Part shown: piece after piece, positions 35,760 to 48,900 of the stretch
Layout of the letters: every line of letters starts with the position of its first letter
Position numbering within the stretch: position 1 is the first letter of the stretch
IMG/VR virus record: IMGVR_UViG_3300009104_000016
Span: 4,337-68,336 of that record
Strand: one strand, 5' to 3'
DNA length: 64,000 bases
Source of the DNA: a virus
Program-made: the position numbers and the translations under genes
The notes under the pieces: generated by a model
The model's input: the letters and a program-made list of their open reading frames with translations, nothing else
What the model was told of the DNA's origin: nothing
Databases searched by the model: none

Positions 35760-37537
35760 CCGAGTCGAACGACCAAGAACAATTGGCCGATCTCATACGG
35801 ATTGATCCCGAGGTCTGGTTCAGCACGTTCGGGGTAATCAAGGACAAGCGTGGCAAGGACATCAAGCCCGTGCCGAACGTTTTGCAGAAGCGTATGTTCG
35901 AGCATTACCGCAAATGCCAAGTGGAGAGTAAACCTTGCAAGATGGTGATCCTGAAACCCCGGCAGAAAGGGGCTTCCACTTGCGCTCAAGCCCTGACCTA
36001 TCACCATATGAGGAAGCACCCCAATTTGGCGGGTTCTCTTATGGGAGATATAGCGGGTACTTCAGACAAGGTTTTCGAGATATACCGGAGATACGCGGAG
36101 AACGACCTGTTTCCATGGGATGAGAGCGGCGTAAACCTAGCGGATGGCGGGAATTTGGCGGATGCCATTAAGTTAGTCACCGACAGCAACTACGGCAAAG
36201 AGACCGCCGGTTCCAAGAATGCGGGCCGAAGCGGAACGATCCAGGTCGGCAACATGACTGAGGTTGCCTTCTGGCCCATGGCCGGGGAAAGAGACCCCGC
36301 TCTCGGTTATCTCCAGTCTCTTTACGACGAGGACAACATTTCATTAGTAGTTGCGGACTCCACTCCCAACGGGCCCAGCGGCTGGTTCTACAATACCTGG
36401 ATACAGGAGAATGAATGGGCCAAGATATTTGCCGCTTGGTTCGAATTCGAGGATTCAGTGATTCCTTTCCGCGATGCGTCGATGAAACAGGATTTTATCG
36501 ACACGTTGACCGATGATGAGAAGTCTGAAGTCGATCGCTTCGACGTATCCATGGAGCAGCTTCATTGGCGCAGGAGGGTGTTGCAGGACAAATGCAACGG
36601 TGATATCAGCAAATTTCGACAGGAATACCCCTCCGATCCCGAGGAATGTTTCCTCATGTCCTCGCGCCCGAGGTTCCATATACAGGTTCTCAAGGAAATG
36701 AGCGAGGCGGCGGAGGGTCAGAAGTACCGGCAAGGCACCTTGACTCTCCAAGATGGGAACCGAGCTAGCTTTCTCCCCGATAAAGCAGGAGGCTGGAAGG
36801 TATACAACGAACCCATGCACGACGAGTCCTACATTATATCCGTGGATACGTGCACGGGAGAGGACCAACAGGTGCAAGGTTTGGCGGCGGATCCCGATTT
36901 CCACAGTGTTCAGGTCTGGCGGCAGGGGTTTACGGACCACAGAGGAGACTGGCATGTGTCCAGACTGGTGGCTTTGCATCATTCCAGAATAGACATAGGC
37001 GTCTTGGTGGAGGAGATCGAAGCAGCCGCGAGGTGGTATGGAGGCGCTTTTATCGTTCCCGAGGTTAATAACAGCGGGTTGGCTCTGGTCAAGTATTTGA
37101 TCGACCGAGGTTTGCACGTTTACCGCAGACGCAAGATCAATGATTCTACGGGAATGGTGGAGAAGAGCTTCGGTTGGTCTACCGATAAGGTGACGCGGAA
37201 GACCGTGATCGACCATATGGCTTCCGAGATTATGGATAAGAACATCGATATACCCGATAAAGATGTTTTGAAGGAGATGCGGGTCTTTGTTGTAAACGAC
37301 AAGGGTAAGCCCGAGGCGGCGCCGGGCCACCACGATGACCACGTTCTCGCCGCAGCTATAGCTTTATACAATATTGAACAGGCTTCCAAGTATCGGGAGG
37401 CCAAGAAAAAGGAAATTTCAGTGAGGATGCTAAGGAAGAATCCTTCCCTCTTATGCCCTGACGGCTTCATGAGAGTCCCCCTTAGCGCAATAAGCAAGAA
37501 ATACAAGCGGTTGAGGGGGAAGACGCTGTCACGCTAA
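35756..37537 (+). CDS. terL: Terminase large subunit
   Basis: LKPRQKGAST, TEVAFW, DSTPNG, FRQEYP, ISVDT, EVNN.G and HDDHVLA motifs. Confidence 0.95.
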   Translation: MTESNDQEQLADLIRIDPEVWFSTFGVIKDKRGKDIKPVPNVLQKRMFEHYRKCQVESKPCKMVILKPRQKGASTCAQALTYHHMRKHPNLAGSLMGDIAGTSDKVFEIYRRYAENDLFPWDESGVNLADGGNLADAIKLVTDSNYGKETAGSKNAGRSGTIQVGNMTEVAFWPMAGERDPALGYLQSLYDEDNISLVVADSTPNGPSGWFYNTWIQENEWAKIFAAWFEFEDSVIPFRDASMKQDFIDTLTDDEKSEVDRFDVSMEQLHWRRRVLQDKCNGDISKFRQEYPSDPEECFLMSSRPRFHIQVLKEMSEAAEGQKYRQGTLTLQDGNRASFLPDKAGGWKVYNEPMHDESYIISVDTCTGEDQQVQGLAADPDFHSVQVWRQGFTDHRGDWHVSRLVALHHSRIDIGVLVEEIEAAARWYGGAFIVPEVNNSGLALVKYLIDRGLHVYRRRKINDSTGMVEKSFGWSTDKVTRKTVIDHMASEIMDKNIDIPDKDVLKEMRVFVVNDKGKPEAAPGHHDDHVLAAAIALYNIEQASKYREAKKKEISVRMLRKNPSLLCPDGFMRVPLSAISKKYKRLRGKTLSR

Positions 37538-37540
37538 TGT
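37504..37540 (+). promoter_or_regulatory. Late-promoter motif variant CAAGCGGTTG / TTGAGG-18-TAATGT
   Basis: Inside the 3' end of terL, ahead of ATG 37550. Confidence 0.6.
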
Positions 37541-37549
37541 TTACGCACT

Positions 37550-39940
37550 ATGTCTAGATATCTTGAATCTTTGGGTAGGAACGCCAGGGGGCTCTACCAT
37601 ACACTTCGTAAAAACAAATCGCTCAAGGAAATTGACGATTACATGGATCGTATCAATCGAGGCGGTGGTAGCGGAGTTATAGATTTTGCTGCGGACATGT
37701 CGGGTATTCCCGACCTCTATACGGCGGTTAAACAAGGCGCGCATATTGCGGATGACGTTTTTAGGGAAGGTAAGGAGTACGGGGAAACCGGAAGAGAGGG
37801 TGCTTTTCATCGAGGTTTGGCGGGAACGGCTCTGACCTTGGCACCTATTCCCGGTTTAAAAGCAGGAGCTAGGGGCGTGAAGTCCCTGGGTAATATGGGG
37901 AAAAAGCTAAAACCCAGCGATAGTATACAGATAGGAGCTCCGGTTAGAGGTAGTAAGCGGCATAAGTTGCAAGAAAATTTGAAAGACAACACCTTCGACA
38001 AGCGAGCTCATAAAAAAATGGGCAAGCTAATAGAAGATGAAAAACACCTAGAGAAAGGTAGAAAAGCCTATGGAGCTCTTCGCGGGAAATACGCAGACGA
38101 AGGTTTGCAAATGCCCGGCAAGTTCTCTCCAGGTTTCATGAGAGGGCGAAAAAAGGCGGCCACTAACACTTTGAGGGCTTACGACAAATGGCAGAACAAA
38201 CTGGCAAAAGGCCCTCTGCGTACCCGCCTGGAAGATGCCAGCGGGGATACGGCTTTTCGAGCCCTTCGTGGGAAGGGAGACGCAGGTTGGACTACTATGC
38301 CCGGCAGACCTTTAGGTAGGTTAAGTGATTACGCGGGGGGAATTCCGGGGCTATCTCCGAAATGGTGGGCCCAAAGCCCCATGAGGTCCCTCAAGACTCT
38401 GGGTAAGGACACAGGCAGGGACTTTGACTCGGAGTACAACCCCTTCTATGTGGAAGATCGTCCGGATCCGTCCGAAGGAGCCGATGTCGACGGAGCTCTG
38501 GAGCCCTACATAGACAAAGGATTTGAGAAAGTTCGGGAAGCCATAGAGGCCGCGAACGCTGAAGAAGGTCTGGAGGGACTCACGGGCGAGATCGGCGGCC
38601 AGGGCAACGAGACCTTTACACCTGCCCCTGGAACGTTTACCGTTCCCGCAGGTGAAGAAGGACAGCCAGGCACGGGCCGGTTTGTCCAAACAGCTGAAGG
38701 TCCCATGTGGGTGCCCAACGACCCTAACCGCCCGACAAGGGAAGGACCTGGTCCCTCGGATGTAGTTCCAACTACTTTGGCCAACCCGCAGAGGAGGGGC
38801 GGTTCCAGGAGAAGGCGGAATGAAGCGGAGCTAGCGGAAGCCGCTGCCGAAGCTACGGGTTTTAACCCCCACGATAAACCCATGCATGTCTTTAACGAGC
38901 GTGGACGCTTGGGGGATGGCGTAGTCAACAGAGACGAAATTGCAGAATATGAACGTAAGAGAAAAGCGTTCAGAAACTCAATAGACGATATGCGTATGTC
39001 CGATGACAGGGACATGCACATGATTAACGTCAACAGAGACAGGGCGGCTAGAGGCTTGTCTCCCATTTCCGAGGAAGACTACCGAGCTGCTACACGTGCC
39101 GATTCCGAAGCCCGACACCAAGAAGCCCTTAAAACTCCTCGAAATTTCTCCATTGACGACCTTAGTCCCAGGCAACGGCATAAGCTTTGGGCCGCTAACA
39201 AGGTATCGGCAGAGAATCCTATTACGGACCCTCGCCATTTAGCCATGCAGAGAGCCATGGAAGAGGGAGAAGAGATGGCCGACGAATGGGAAAACCGTAA
39301 GCCGGAACCCGAACCCGAATTTGACTTCGAGCCTGTAGACCAAGGCCGAGACCTGACTTCACAATTAACGGCGGCTAGAGGCCAGACCCTGGAAGGTGAG
39401 CAAGCGATTCCAAAGGAGAATGTGCGGATTACGGAAATAGGAGATATACCAGAACCTCAGATGGAGATGTCCACGGAAGAATATAACGACATGTTCCGGG
39501 ATGACGAAGAAGCCGCTGCAGCTTCTGCCGCAGAGGAGGCGCTATTGGGTTTTGAAATACCCGAGATGCTAGGGGAGAACACCCTGGCAGATTTGGACTC
39601 TTTACGGAACGAGCTGGATCGTAATCCTAAAATGCAAGCATTGGAAGGTTTGGACCGCCTCAAAAACATACTTCCTCCCGAAGAACTGGACAGCGTCCGC
39701 TCAGAAGAAGAAGAAGAAACTCTCCCCTTCCGCCCGACTAGGGAAAAGATCTTTAACACCTCCGGTGGAGGTGCTATATCTATGGGGGAAGAAGACGCGT
39801 TGTGGAACAGATTACTACACGCAGCTCGCGGCACGCACGAATTTGGACTGGATCAAGTGATAGCCGAGCTTCCGGAGCCTATGAGAAGCAATGCTGCTCA
39901 AATATTGGAAAACGAAGGCATAGAAGCCTTTCTTGATTAA
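37550..39940 (+). CDS. Putative internal virion/ejection protein (796 aa)
   Basis: Basic N-half, acidic C-half and a Gly-rich hydrophobic segment. Precedes the giant protein. Confidence 0.65.
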   Translation: MSRYLESLGRNARGLYHTLRKNKSLKEIDDYMDRINRGGGSGVIDFAADMSGIPDLYTAVKQGAHIADDVFREGKEYGETGREGAFHRGLAGTALTLAPIPGLKAGARGVKSLGNMGKKLKPSDSIQIGAPVRGSKRHKLQENLKDNTFDKRAHKKMGKLIEDEKHLEKGRKAYGALRGKYADEGLQMPGKFSPGFMRGRKKAATNTLRAYDKWQNKLAKGPLRTRLEDASGDTAFRALRGKGDAGWTTMPGRPLGRLSDYAGGIPGLSPKWWAQSPMRSLKTLGKDTGRDFDSEYNPFYVEDRPDPSEGADVDGALEPYIDKGFEKVREAIEAANAEEGLEGLTGEIGGQGNETFTPAPGTFTVPAGEEGQPGTGRFVQTAEGPMWVPNDPNRPTREGPGPSDVVPTTLANPQRRGGSRRRRNEAELAEAAAEATGFNPHDKPMHVFNERGRLGDGVVNRDEIAEYERKRKAFRNSIDDMRMSDDRDMHMINVNRDRAARGLSPISEEDYRAATRADSEARHQEALKTPRNFSIDDLSPRQRHKLWAANKVSAENPITDPRHLAMQRAMEEGEEMADEWENRKPEPEPEFDFEPVDQGRDLTSQLTAARGQTLEGEQAIPKENVRITEIGDIPEPQMEMSTEEYNDMFRDDEEAAAASAAEEALLGFEIPEMLGENTLADLDSLRNELDRNPKMQALEGLDRLKNILPPEELDSVRSEEEEETLPFRPTREKIFNTSGGGAISMGEEDALWNRLLHAARGTHEFGLDQVIAELPEPMRSNAAQILENEGIEAFLD

Positions 39941-39948
39941 GGGACGGC

Positions 39949-42900
39949 ATGGCGTCAGAGTTAAATCTGGGCTCCGTTGATTTTGCGGAAAGTCCCGTGG
40001 AAAGTCCCAGCTCCCCGGGAGGGAAACCACGGGAATTCGAGCAGTACGAGAGCTTCAAGCAGGAGGGGGACTTCCTGGAAGACAGGGTGGGAGACCACAA
40101 GACGCTGAGCTCCAGCCTGAAATCTCGACGCGGGAAAGTGTATGGTAAAATACAGAAGGTTATGGAGAACGCCAATGATGGCTACTTCATGGGGGAAGAC
40201 GAGGTGGGTCCCGAGGAGTGGTTAAAATCGGTAGAAGGCTCCTCTTCTTATAAAAACAATAAGGAACTTCGCAGTTATCTGGATACGCTTAAGGGCTTTG
40301 ACGACAAGATTGGCAAGCATGATCTTTTAGCTGAAAAAGCTTTCGCGGAAAGAGATGCGCATCTGTTGGAGGCTACGAGTATTCCTACGCATTTCCAAAA
40401 ATCGTACGAGGACTGGCAAGACGAGAGAACAAAAGCAGGCAAGCAAAGAAAACCTCTAGACCCCGATGAGTTACATGCGTTTCTCAACACGTTTACCCCC
40501 TTTTACGAAGAGCCCAAGTTTAACTTTAGAGGTCGCTTGGAGAATGCGGAAGCCGTGGATCCTCGCTTTGCGGGGGACTACCGTAAGCCTAAAAGGAATT
40601 TTACCACGGGTCGCGTGGAAGACCCCGCCATGGATGTTATGCGGGGGCGTATGGCCAAAGCTTTGGCCGGGGATATCCAAGGTTTTCTCAGCTACAGAAA
40701 ACAAGCGGAAAAGAACGACAAACTCAGGGCCCGAGGTTTTGAGTTTGGAAGCGGGGGCACCGCAGACCTGAAGCATCCCTTCGAACTCTCTCGCAATGAA
40801 AGAGAGATACTAGATAAGGAGGAAGCAAAGAATCTTGGGTTTAAGTCCTACAGGGGAATCCCTTTGGATGATGCTTTCGATAAAGACAACGTGGCGCATG
40901 CGGGTGAGTTGGAGTCGGCACGGATGATGCGTTTAGTCTTTGCCAGCAATTTGGCATATAAAAAAGCTTTTGCGCAGTACATGAAGGATCTCGCCAACAA
41001 GGCGGATCTTGAGGAAGCTTCGGCTAAGCTGCAGATAGCTCGAAGAGCTCGTGAAGGAGCGATTCAAAAAGCCATAGGCGCGGGTTTTGCAATGGAGGTG
41101 CTGAACCGTGCGGAAGATCGAGGTCTTTTTGGCCAAGCTTTTAACGCAGTCAAGCAAGCGTGGAAACAGGGGCAAGGTTTAGGAGATGCAGCTCTTCTCT
41201 TTGAGCAGGCCGGAGTTACCGGTGGGTTCGGTATCGATGAGATGATCGGCGGAAAGATCGACCAGGAATTTGCAGAACAGTTGGTTGAGGTAATGGAACA
41301 GGCTAAGGAGGGGGGCACCACCGAAAGTTTGCAGGACTACTACCGAGAGATACAGGAAAACGAACCTGAGAACTTGGGAGAAGCGTTTGGACAGTTGATT
41401 AACAACCCTGCAGCTGCTGCGCAGTTATTCGTACAGTCGCTTTCCATGTACTTGCCGCCGGTATTCAGCTACGGACTAAAGACAGTTCCCGCAGGAGCTG
41501 CCGCCGGTCTGGTCGCAGGAGGGGGAGCAGGTGCGTTTAAAGGGGCCGGTTATGGACTGCGCTCGGCTTTTCCGATTGCCTCGTTCTCTCTTTCGTATCT
41601 CGGTAAAATTTTCGAGGACATGGAAGAAATGGGGATTGACACTAACAATCCTCGAATTTTGATGCAGGCGTGGAACAGCCCGGCGGTTATGGAGAAACTC
41701 CGGGTAAAGGCGGCCAAGTACGCGGGTGGCGTTTCAATGTTTGATGCCGTGGGTGCGCTAGGTGCAGGTAGGATAGGAAAAATTCTAGACGGACCTACTA
41801 AATTCATAGGTACGTCAGTTCTGCCCAATAGCCAAAAGATGGCTACTTTCTTGAAAACCGGGATAAAGACCGGCGGGGAAATAGGCTTCGGAGCGGGGAC
41901 GGGTATGCTTGGAGATTACGTAGGCCAGAAGTGGTCGAACGATCCCGGGGAGAAAGTCGATCTTGCCTCGGTAGCTGCCGAAGGTTTGCTCGAAGTAGGC
42001 CCTCATGTCGTAACGGCTCCTCTGGAAATGGCCAGAGGTATATGGGGTAAACAGCCAAAATTGAACCCGGACGGCACGCTTGACGAAGAGGTCGAAACGG
42101 AAGATACAGTTGAGATATCCAAGAGCGAGACGGCACCTGACCCGCGTTCGATAGGAAATACACGTAACCTGAAATGGCGAGGACAGGAAGTTCCAGTATT
42201 TAACTACGCCAGCGAAACGGAATTTACGGAAGGGTTGCGCCAAAAGGCGGAGGAAAACGGAATCTCTATGGACGACTCGGAGCTAAAAGCTACTGAGTTT
42301 TTGGCGAGCGGTTTATTTAATCCGGAAACGGGGTCTCACGGAACAGATCTAAATATAGCGTGGATAAATAAAAACGATGCGAAGGCGTTGTTCCCAAAAT
42401 CCAACCCCCTTCGATCGGCTTACACTCCACATGTCGGCGAGCAAAACAAAGATTCCGTTATCTTTATAAACATAGACGGCGTAAAGGAAAGGCAGAAACG
42501 TGGTGATGCCGGTGTCTTTTCCACGCTTCTCCATGAATCAGCCCATTTCGCCCACGACTTCATCTACGGAGATGAAGAAATAAGCGTATTTTGGGACGAA
42601 GTCGGGCAAGAAGACCGTCAGAAGATGGCCGCCGTATACGCGTCGTCTGGCCGAGCTTCGTCTGTAAACGATTTTAAAGACGCTTTCGATAACCAAGAAG
42701 AGGCTGAGCAGGCTCTAGCGATCTACGACGATTTAATCAATGAGAAAACCGGGGTAAAGTTGAGAAGAGAGTGGTTCGCGCATCAGGTCACTCGAGTATT
42801 GAAGGGGGAAAAGCTTCGAAACAATTCTTTGCAGAAGTTGATACAGGACTTTATAGAGCATCTGAAGAAAGCCGTTCAGTTCCTCATGGACGGAGGCCAA

Positions 42901-45900
42901 GGATCCGAAGTTGGTTCCGGGATAGAAGACAAAGAACTCGATGCTCAATTAGAGCGCTTTATCTTGGAAAGGTTACGGCCTGGTCTTGATTTTGAAGGTC
43001 AAAATATAGGCAATCAAAGGGTTGGCCTGGCTGCAGCTGGGCAATTTCGTTCAGCCGTTACAAGAGATAAAGAGGAACGAGGCCAGCTTGAGCACATAGT
43101 TAACCAATTTATAAACAGGCAACAGGGAGGGAAAGCGGTATCTGATAGTGCGACCCTGAAAAGAATAGCCGATACTCTCGGTTTAAAAGAGAAGTCGGAA
43201 CTGAAGGAAGTGGTGGCTCTTATAAAGAAGCACCGTTCCGCTTTGGCTAAGGCGGAGACTAAAGAGCAAGTGGAGGCTGCTGAGGAAGCGTACAAGAAAG
43301 GTGGAACTGCGCTCTTGCGGGTTAAGGATCAGGCTAAGAAAGCTCACGCGAGGGCGAAGACGGAAGCCGCAAAGGCGGCGAAAAGCGCCGAAGATAAAAA
43401 GAAGTGGGCCGGTGACGCGGCGAAAGAGGCAAAGGAATGGGATTTTCAAGGATCTTCGTTTATAGATTACGCGCGAAGTAAGGGAGCTGACACTCCCGAG
43501 AAAGCTTTTAGATTGCTGTTCAAGCGCCTTAGCGGAAGATTCTACTACAAAGAGGATGCCAATACTGTTGCAAACCCTTTTATAATACAGCAATGGTCGG
43601 GAGTGGCCCTTGAGAAGCTGCAGACAGAAGAAGGTAAAAACAAAAAGAAGGGGGACACTTTTGGGTTTGAAATTCCCATAGATAATTTAAAGTTGCCAAA
43701 GCTTACAAAAGATACTTTCTACCAAGCGAAAATCGGGGGCGGGCATGGTTACGTAGTGTTTAAGGTAGCCGATGCCAAGTCTACGGATAAGAAGGGAGTA
43801 CTTGAAGTCGAAGCTACCGTTGAGCAACTTTTTGAGAACAAAGAAATCGGAACTTGGCTGCAAAAGGCGGCCGCCAAACTCAAAGAGCCGTTTAAATCCG
43901 CACCCAAAGCCAAACCCAAAACCGAAGCTGCATCGAAAGACGACGCCGATCCTGACGACGATGACCCCCCTCCTGGAGGAGGCGGGGGACGTGCTTCCGG
44001 CGACAGCGGATCGGCAGATGGTACAACGCCGGACGAGAAAGGTTCGGGAAGCCCTCCCGCCCCTGCTCCTAAGAAGGGAGCAATGCCTGGCGACGCACTG
44101 GGGAAGAAAGCCGCCGTCAAGGCGGCTTCTTATTCTGAGGAACCTCCGGTTAGAGAAGATGAGGATATATTCAAAGCTCGAGAAGAAGAACTCGACTATA
44201 CGGCGGGACAGAGAGTAGCTCTGCGAAAAGCCGCCGAGATGGTAGAAGGTAAAACGGGAGAACTTGTAACGGCTGGTTACGCGGGAACGGGTAAAACCAC
44301 CATCATGGAGAACATAATCCGGTATGCCTTGGATAAAGGAAGAGACGTAGTGGTTCTAGCCCCCACTTATAAGGCCTTGTCGAACATAAATAAAAGCATA
44401 GGAAAAGAACTACAAGATAGGATTAGCTCGGAAACAGTCCAGCAGGCTACGCAAAGATGGGATGACCGCCAGAAGAAGACAATCTTTGGGTTAAACGGAG
44501 AGATAGTATCCCCCAATTCTCTTGTACTGGTGGATGAAGCTTCCATGTTGTCCAACTTCAACTACGAGCATTTGCAAAAACACTCTTCCGTACTTTATTT
44601 CGGGGATGGCTTTCAACTACCTCCCGTAGGCGGCGATAATCAAGTAATGCAAAATCCGGACGTTACTCTTACGGAAGTTAAAAGGCAGAGTCTGAAGTCC
44701 AATCTTTTCTTGTTTCTCACCGCTTTGCGTAGCTTGGCTACGCCTAAACTGATTAAACCTCATATAGATATCCAGAAACCTGGAGATCTTGATTTTAAGC
44801 CGGCGGATGGTGATTTCAAAAAAGAACTACAAGCCGTTTTCAAGAAATGGTTCCAGGGGGGTAAGAGAGAAGAAGACTCCGTAGTAGCCATATGCCATAC
44901 TAATAAAAACAGAAGCATACTTAACCAAGGCGTACGGAAGGCTTTGGGCTTTAAGCCAAACACTTTGAACGAGGGTGAACAGCTTCTCGTGTTAAACAAC
45001 GGCATACGCTACACCAATTCCGAAACTTTAAATGTTACTTCGGCCTCGGTTATAGACTCGATAGATAAAGAAGCCTTAGCGCTGCGTTATAAGTCTCGTT
45101 ATGCAACAGGAGACGACGCGGGAAAAGAGCTGTCTCCCGAAAATTACGATTTTTACGAAGTTACCTCAGACGTAGAAGGGTCTGCCGTTACCACGACGCA
45201 TCTAGTTATATATGATACGGCTAAAGTGGGCCAAGCCAGTTTTGAACTGGGCGGGGTGTATACGGAAAATTGGGATGCTCTGCCTTCTAACATGGTTAAA
45301 ACTCCAGAGCGGGAAAATGCTCCGAAGGAACTAGCCGACAATTTGTACGTTAGTACGTACGGCTATGCTTTGACTGCGCATAAGGCGCAAGGTTCCCAGT
45401 GGAATACCGTTTTCGTATACCCGGATGTTCGTATAAGCGAAAAAGATTCCTCGGGAAAGTGGCGCGCAAAAGAAGAAGAACAAGCTCGCTGGCTCTATAC
45501 GGCGATGGGCCGAGCTCGAAAAAGAGTAGTTCTCACTAACACAACGGAACCATATGCACCTTTTAGAAATGCAGCAATCCCCAGCAAAGCTCAGATAGAA
45601 GCTCTTGCTTCACCGCCCGAAGCCGCACCCGAAGCCGCACCCGAAGCCGCACCCGAAGACGCACCCGAAACCAAACCCGAAGCCGCACCCACCGAGCCGG
45701 AGAACGAAGTCGATCCCCTGGAACTCGAAAAACGGGACGGCCTCCAGTACTTCGAAGGAAAACCCTTCACGGGGGTTGCAGTATCAAAACTCAATTCCGG
45801 GGCGAAGCTGTCGGAAGCAACCTACAAGAACGGCAATTTGCACGGCCCGCAGACCTTTTGGTACTCGAACGGGCAGAAGTCGTCGGAAACAAACTTCAAG

Positions 45901-48900
45901 GACGGCAAGCGGGACGGGATTACGACAAGGTGGTACGAGAACGGGAAGAAGGAGTACGAATACAACTACAAGGACGACGACTTGCTTTCCATAAAGGAGT
46001 GGGACGAAAAAGGCACGCTAACCGAAAACAAACGACTTGACAAACCCGAAGCCGAGCCCGAAGCTCCAAAGTCGAAGGCCGAGGGAGGTGTACCCACCCG
46101 TATTCATGACACGCTAGAAGCTGCAAACGCCGCCGTAGGGGAGCTGAAGGGGGCTCAGTTATTCGACGGCAGTAACTACATAGTGTCGGATGATTTACGT
46201 CCTTTCGTAGTAATAGACATAGAGGGGGTCAAAGTCGCTTTTTATCTCTCTTCCGGGATGGGGGGAAAAAAATTATCGAAGCCGGGGCATTGGTTCCCGG
46301 TTCCCGGCATGTCTCCAAATGGAAGGTGGCTTAACAAGGGGAGCGACTTCGACTTATCCGTATACTACGGATCCGATAAGCTGAAGAAGGTAGCCCAGGA
46401 GTTAGATGCTAAAATAGGTAATATAGGGTCCTTAATAGAGTCAGCCCTTCCTATGGCTGGTAAGGACCCTGTTGAGTCGGAAGATGTTAATAAATGGATA
46501 ACCAACCATCCTACGGTTAACCGGGAAGCGTCCAAGAAAGTTGCTACGAACATAAACAGCATGTTGGGAGCGTTGGGTGAACCGGCGTTTTACGTAAAGG
46601 AGGGAGGGGCCACCACAACTAGGTTAAAACCCGAAACCAAACCCGAAGCCAAACCCAAAGAAGAGACTATATCTGAACAGGACGTCCTGGATTCCCTTAT
46701 GTCGGGAACTCCCGAAAAGAAGGAAGACCACGACCCCATCATTTATGCACTGCCGCCCGACCCTACTTCGGAAGACAAGCTCCGCTTCGCGGGTAACCTT
46801 ATGTCCTTGGCGGGCAAGGACGGGAAAGAGAAGCTCTCAACTCTAGTTAACGCTTTAACCGTAGCAGGAAATCTGGGCTATGAATACGTACTGAAGGACA
46901 GCACTCTTTGGACAAGCAACGGAGTGCTTACGGTAGTGCCTCCCGAAGAACTGGGGACCAATCCCTTGGAGTTCTTCGATAGCAGTCCTAACTTTAGAAA
47001 GACAGACAATAAACCCGAAGATCGTAAACGCAACTCCATTAAGAATTTGCTAAAGGCGATCATCAATATAGATGCTTTGCGCGAGCTGCCCATACAGCAC
47101 GATTTTCTTTCCTACGACAACTACCAGGGATCTCTCAAGAAAGAACTGCAGCAATTGCAGCAAGCTGCTAAAAACACGAACGAGGTGTTGTCGATACTTC
47201 GAGACGCGAAAGCGTATCGCCTTACCCACGACCAAGCTGTTCCGGACGAGGCGTATTTACGCCAGCTGCGAAAGCGTATTGAAAAGATAGACCCTTCAGC
47301 CGTAGCTCTTTTGAAGGACTCGTCTCTAGGTCTGCCCCCTTCCGTAGTAACAAGGGCAAAGGAAATAGCTGAAGAAAAGAAAACATTACTTTCTAAGATA
47401 AGCCCCGAAAGGCGATCTTTAATATTTAAACAGGCGGTCAACCAAGCCCTGCGAGAGCGTGCTGATGCCAGGCGGCAGGCGGGAGGCGGGAGGAGCTTAG
47501 CCTTTCATTCCGGCGGAGCCGAGGGCACTGATTCCTGGTTCTTCCGTCTGGGCCGGCTTTTCGGAATAGAACAGGTACACTGGGGGTTTGCGTACAATAA
47601 GAAAAGCGGTAAGTGGCTCGAGGAGGATAAATCGGAAAGAGGGGGCCTCAAATCCGAGGAGCATGAGCTGATAGATTGGCAGTGGGACGGATACGGGTAC
47701 GGAAACAAGTGGTTGTTGGAGCAGGCGGTACAGGCTTACAATGCCGCTTTGGATATGCAGAAGAAGTGGTCTCCTTTTGCACGTCACGATTCCCAGTTAC
47801 GGATTCTCACTAATGACCAAGGGCAGCCTATGAGACGGATGCCTAACGGCAATCTGGTGGCTCTGAGACCTCCTGGAGATGGTAGACCCGGTGACCGACT
47901 AGTGGTCGAGAGAACTCTTGACAAAAAACTCCCCTCTCGGGTGGAAAAGCTTAAGCTTAGAAACTACTACCAGATACAGAACACCAATTCCTTTGGCCCT
48001 CTTGAAGGCAAGCGCACAAGCTTATGGGCCAATGACGGGGGGCAAAAACCCTGGTTGCACTTAGTTAACGAAGTTATTGCGGTGGTAGGTAGAAACAATG
48101 AAGGCGGCTTCTCGTCGGGCGTGCGGGAAATACCCGAAGGTTCAAAAGATAACGATTGGAAAGTGCATATAGATGAGTTCAACGTAAAAGCCCGCGATTT
48201 CGATTCCTCTTTGCCTGCGGATTACGATCTTTCCATTTGGCAACACAAGAAAACATTGCAGGAGGAAGAGAAGAAGGCGTTCAACAAGAGTCTTCGAGAC
48301 TTCAGCCGCCGTGTACGCCAAGTCAATTATATTGACGGGGGTTCGGGTTTCGCTGTTCAAATGGCTGTCATGGAGTGGTTCCGCACTCAGTGGCGACGCG
48401 ATCTGTCTCAGCCCCAGAAGAAAGAGAACCAGGCCGATGAAACTAGTTTTCACGTATATAACCAGTCGGACAATCAGTGGTATACCCTGGACAAGAAACC
48501 TTATCCGTATACCAGGGGAGGAGCCGCGTTGACGGGAGTGGAGCTAGAGTGGGTTCCCATAGATACCGAAAACGCAAAGCTTACTCTGTCTTTGGAAGAG
48601 GGAGCGAGGTCCGCTATGATAGGTACGCGAGATCTGACGCTAAGCGGAAGGCGGGCCATGGAAAAACTTCTGGCTGATTCTTTTCCCGATTTTGCGGAAG
48701 ACTTCGAATACCTACAGGGGTTCGACGAAGAATACGGCGGTATACTGTACAAGAACCTGTACACCCCGCAAGGAGCTATCGCCAACCTGCAAGAGGAGAT
48801 GAAAATGCTCCATCAACTTCCTTTCCTCGAAGGTGGGAAGTCTCTGACACATTACGATAAATTTTTAAGACTGCCCGGGGATGCCGTATTGGAGGGAGAT

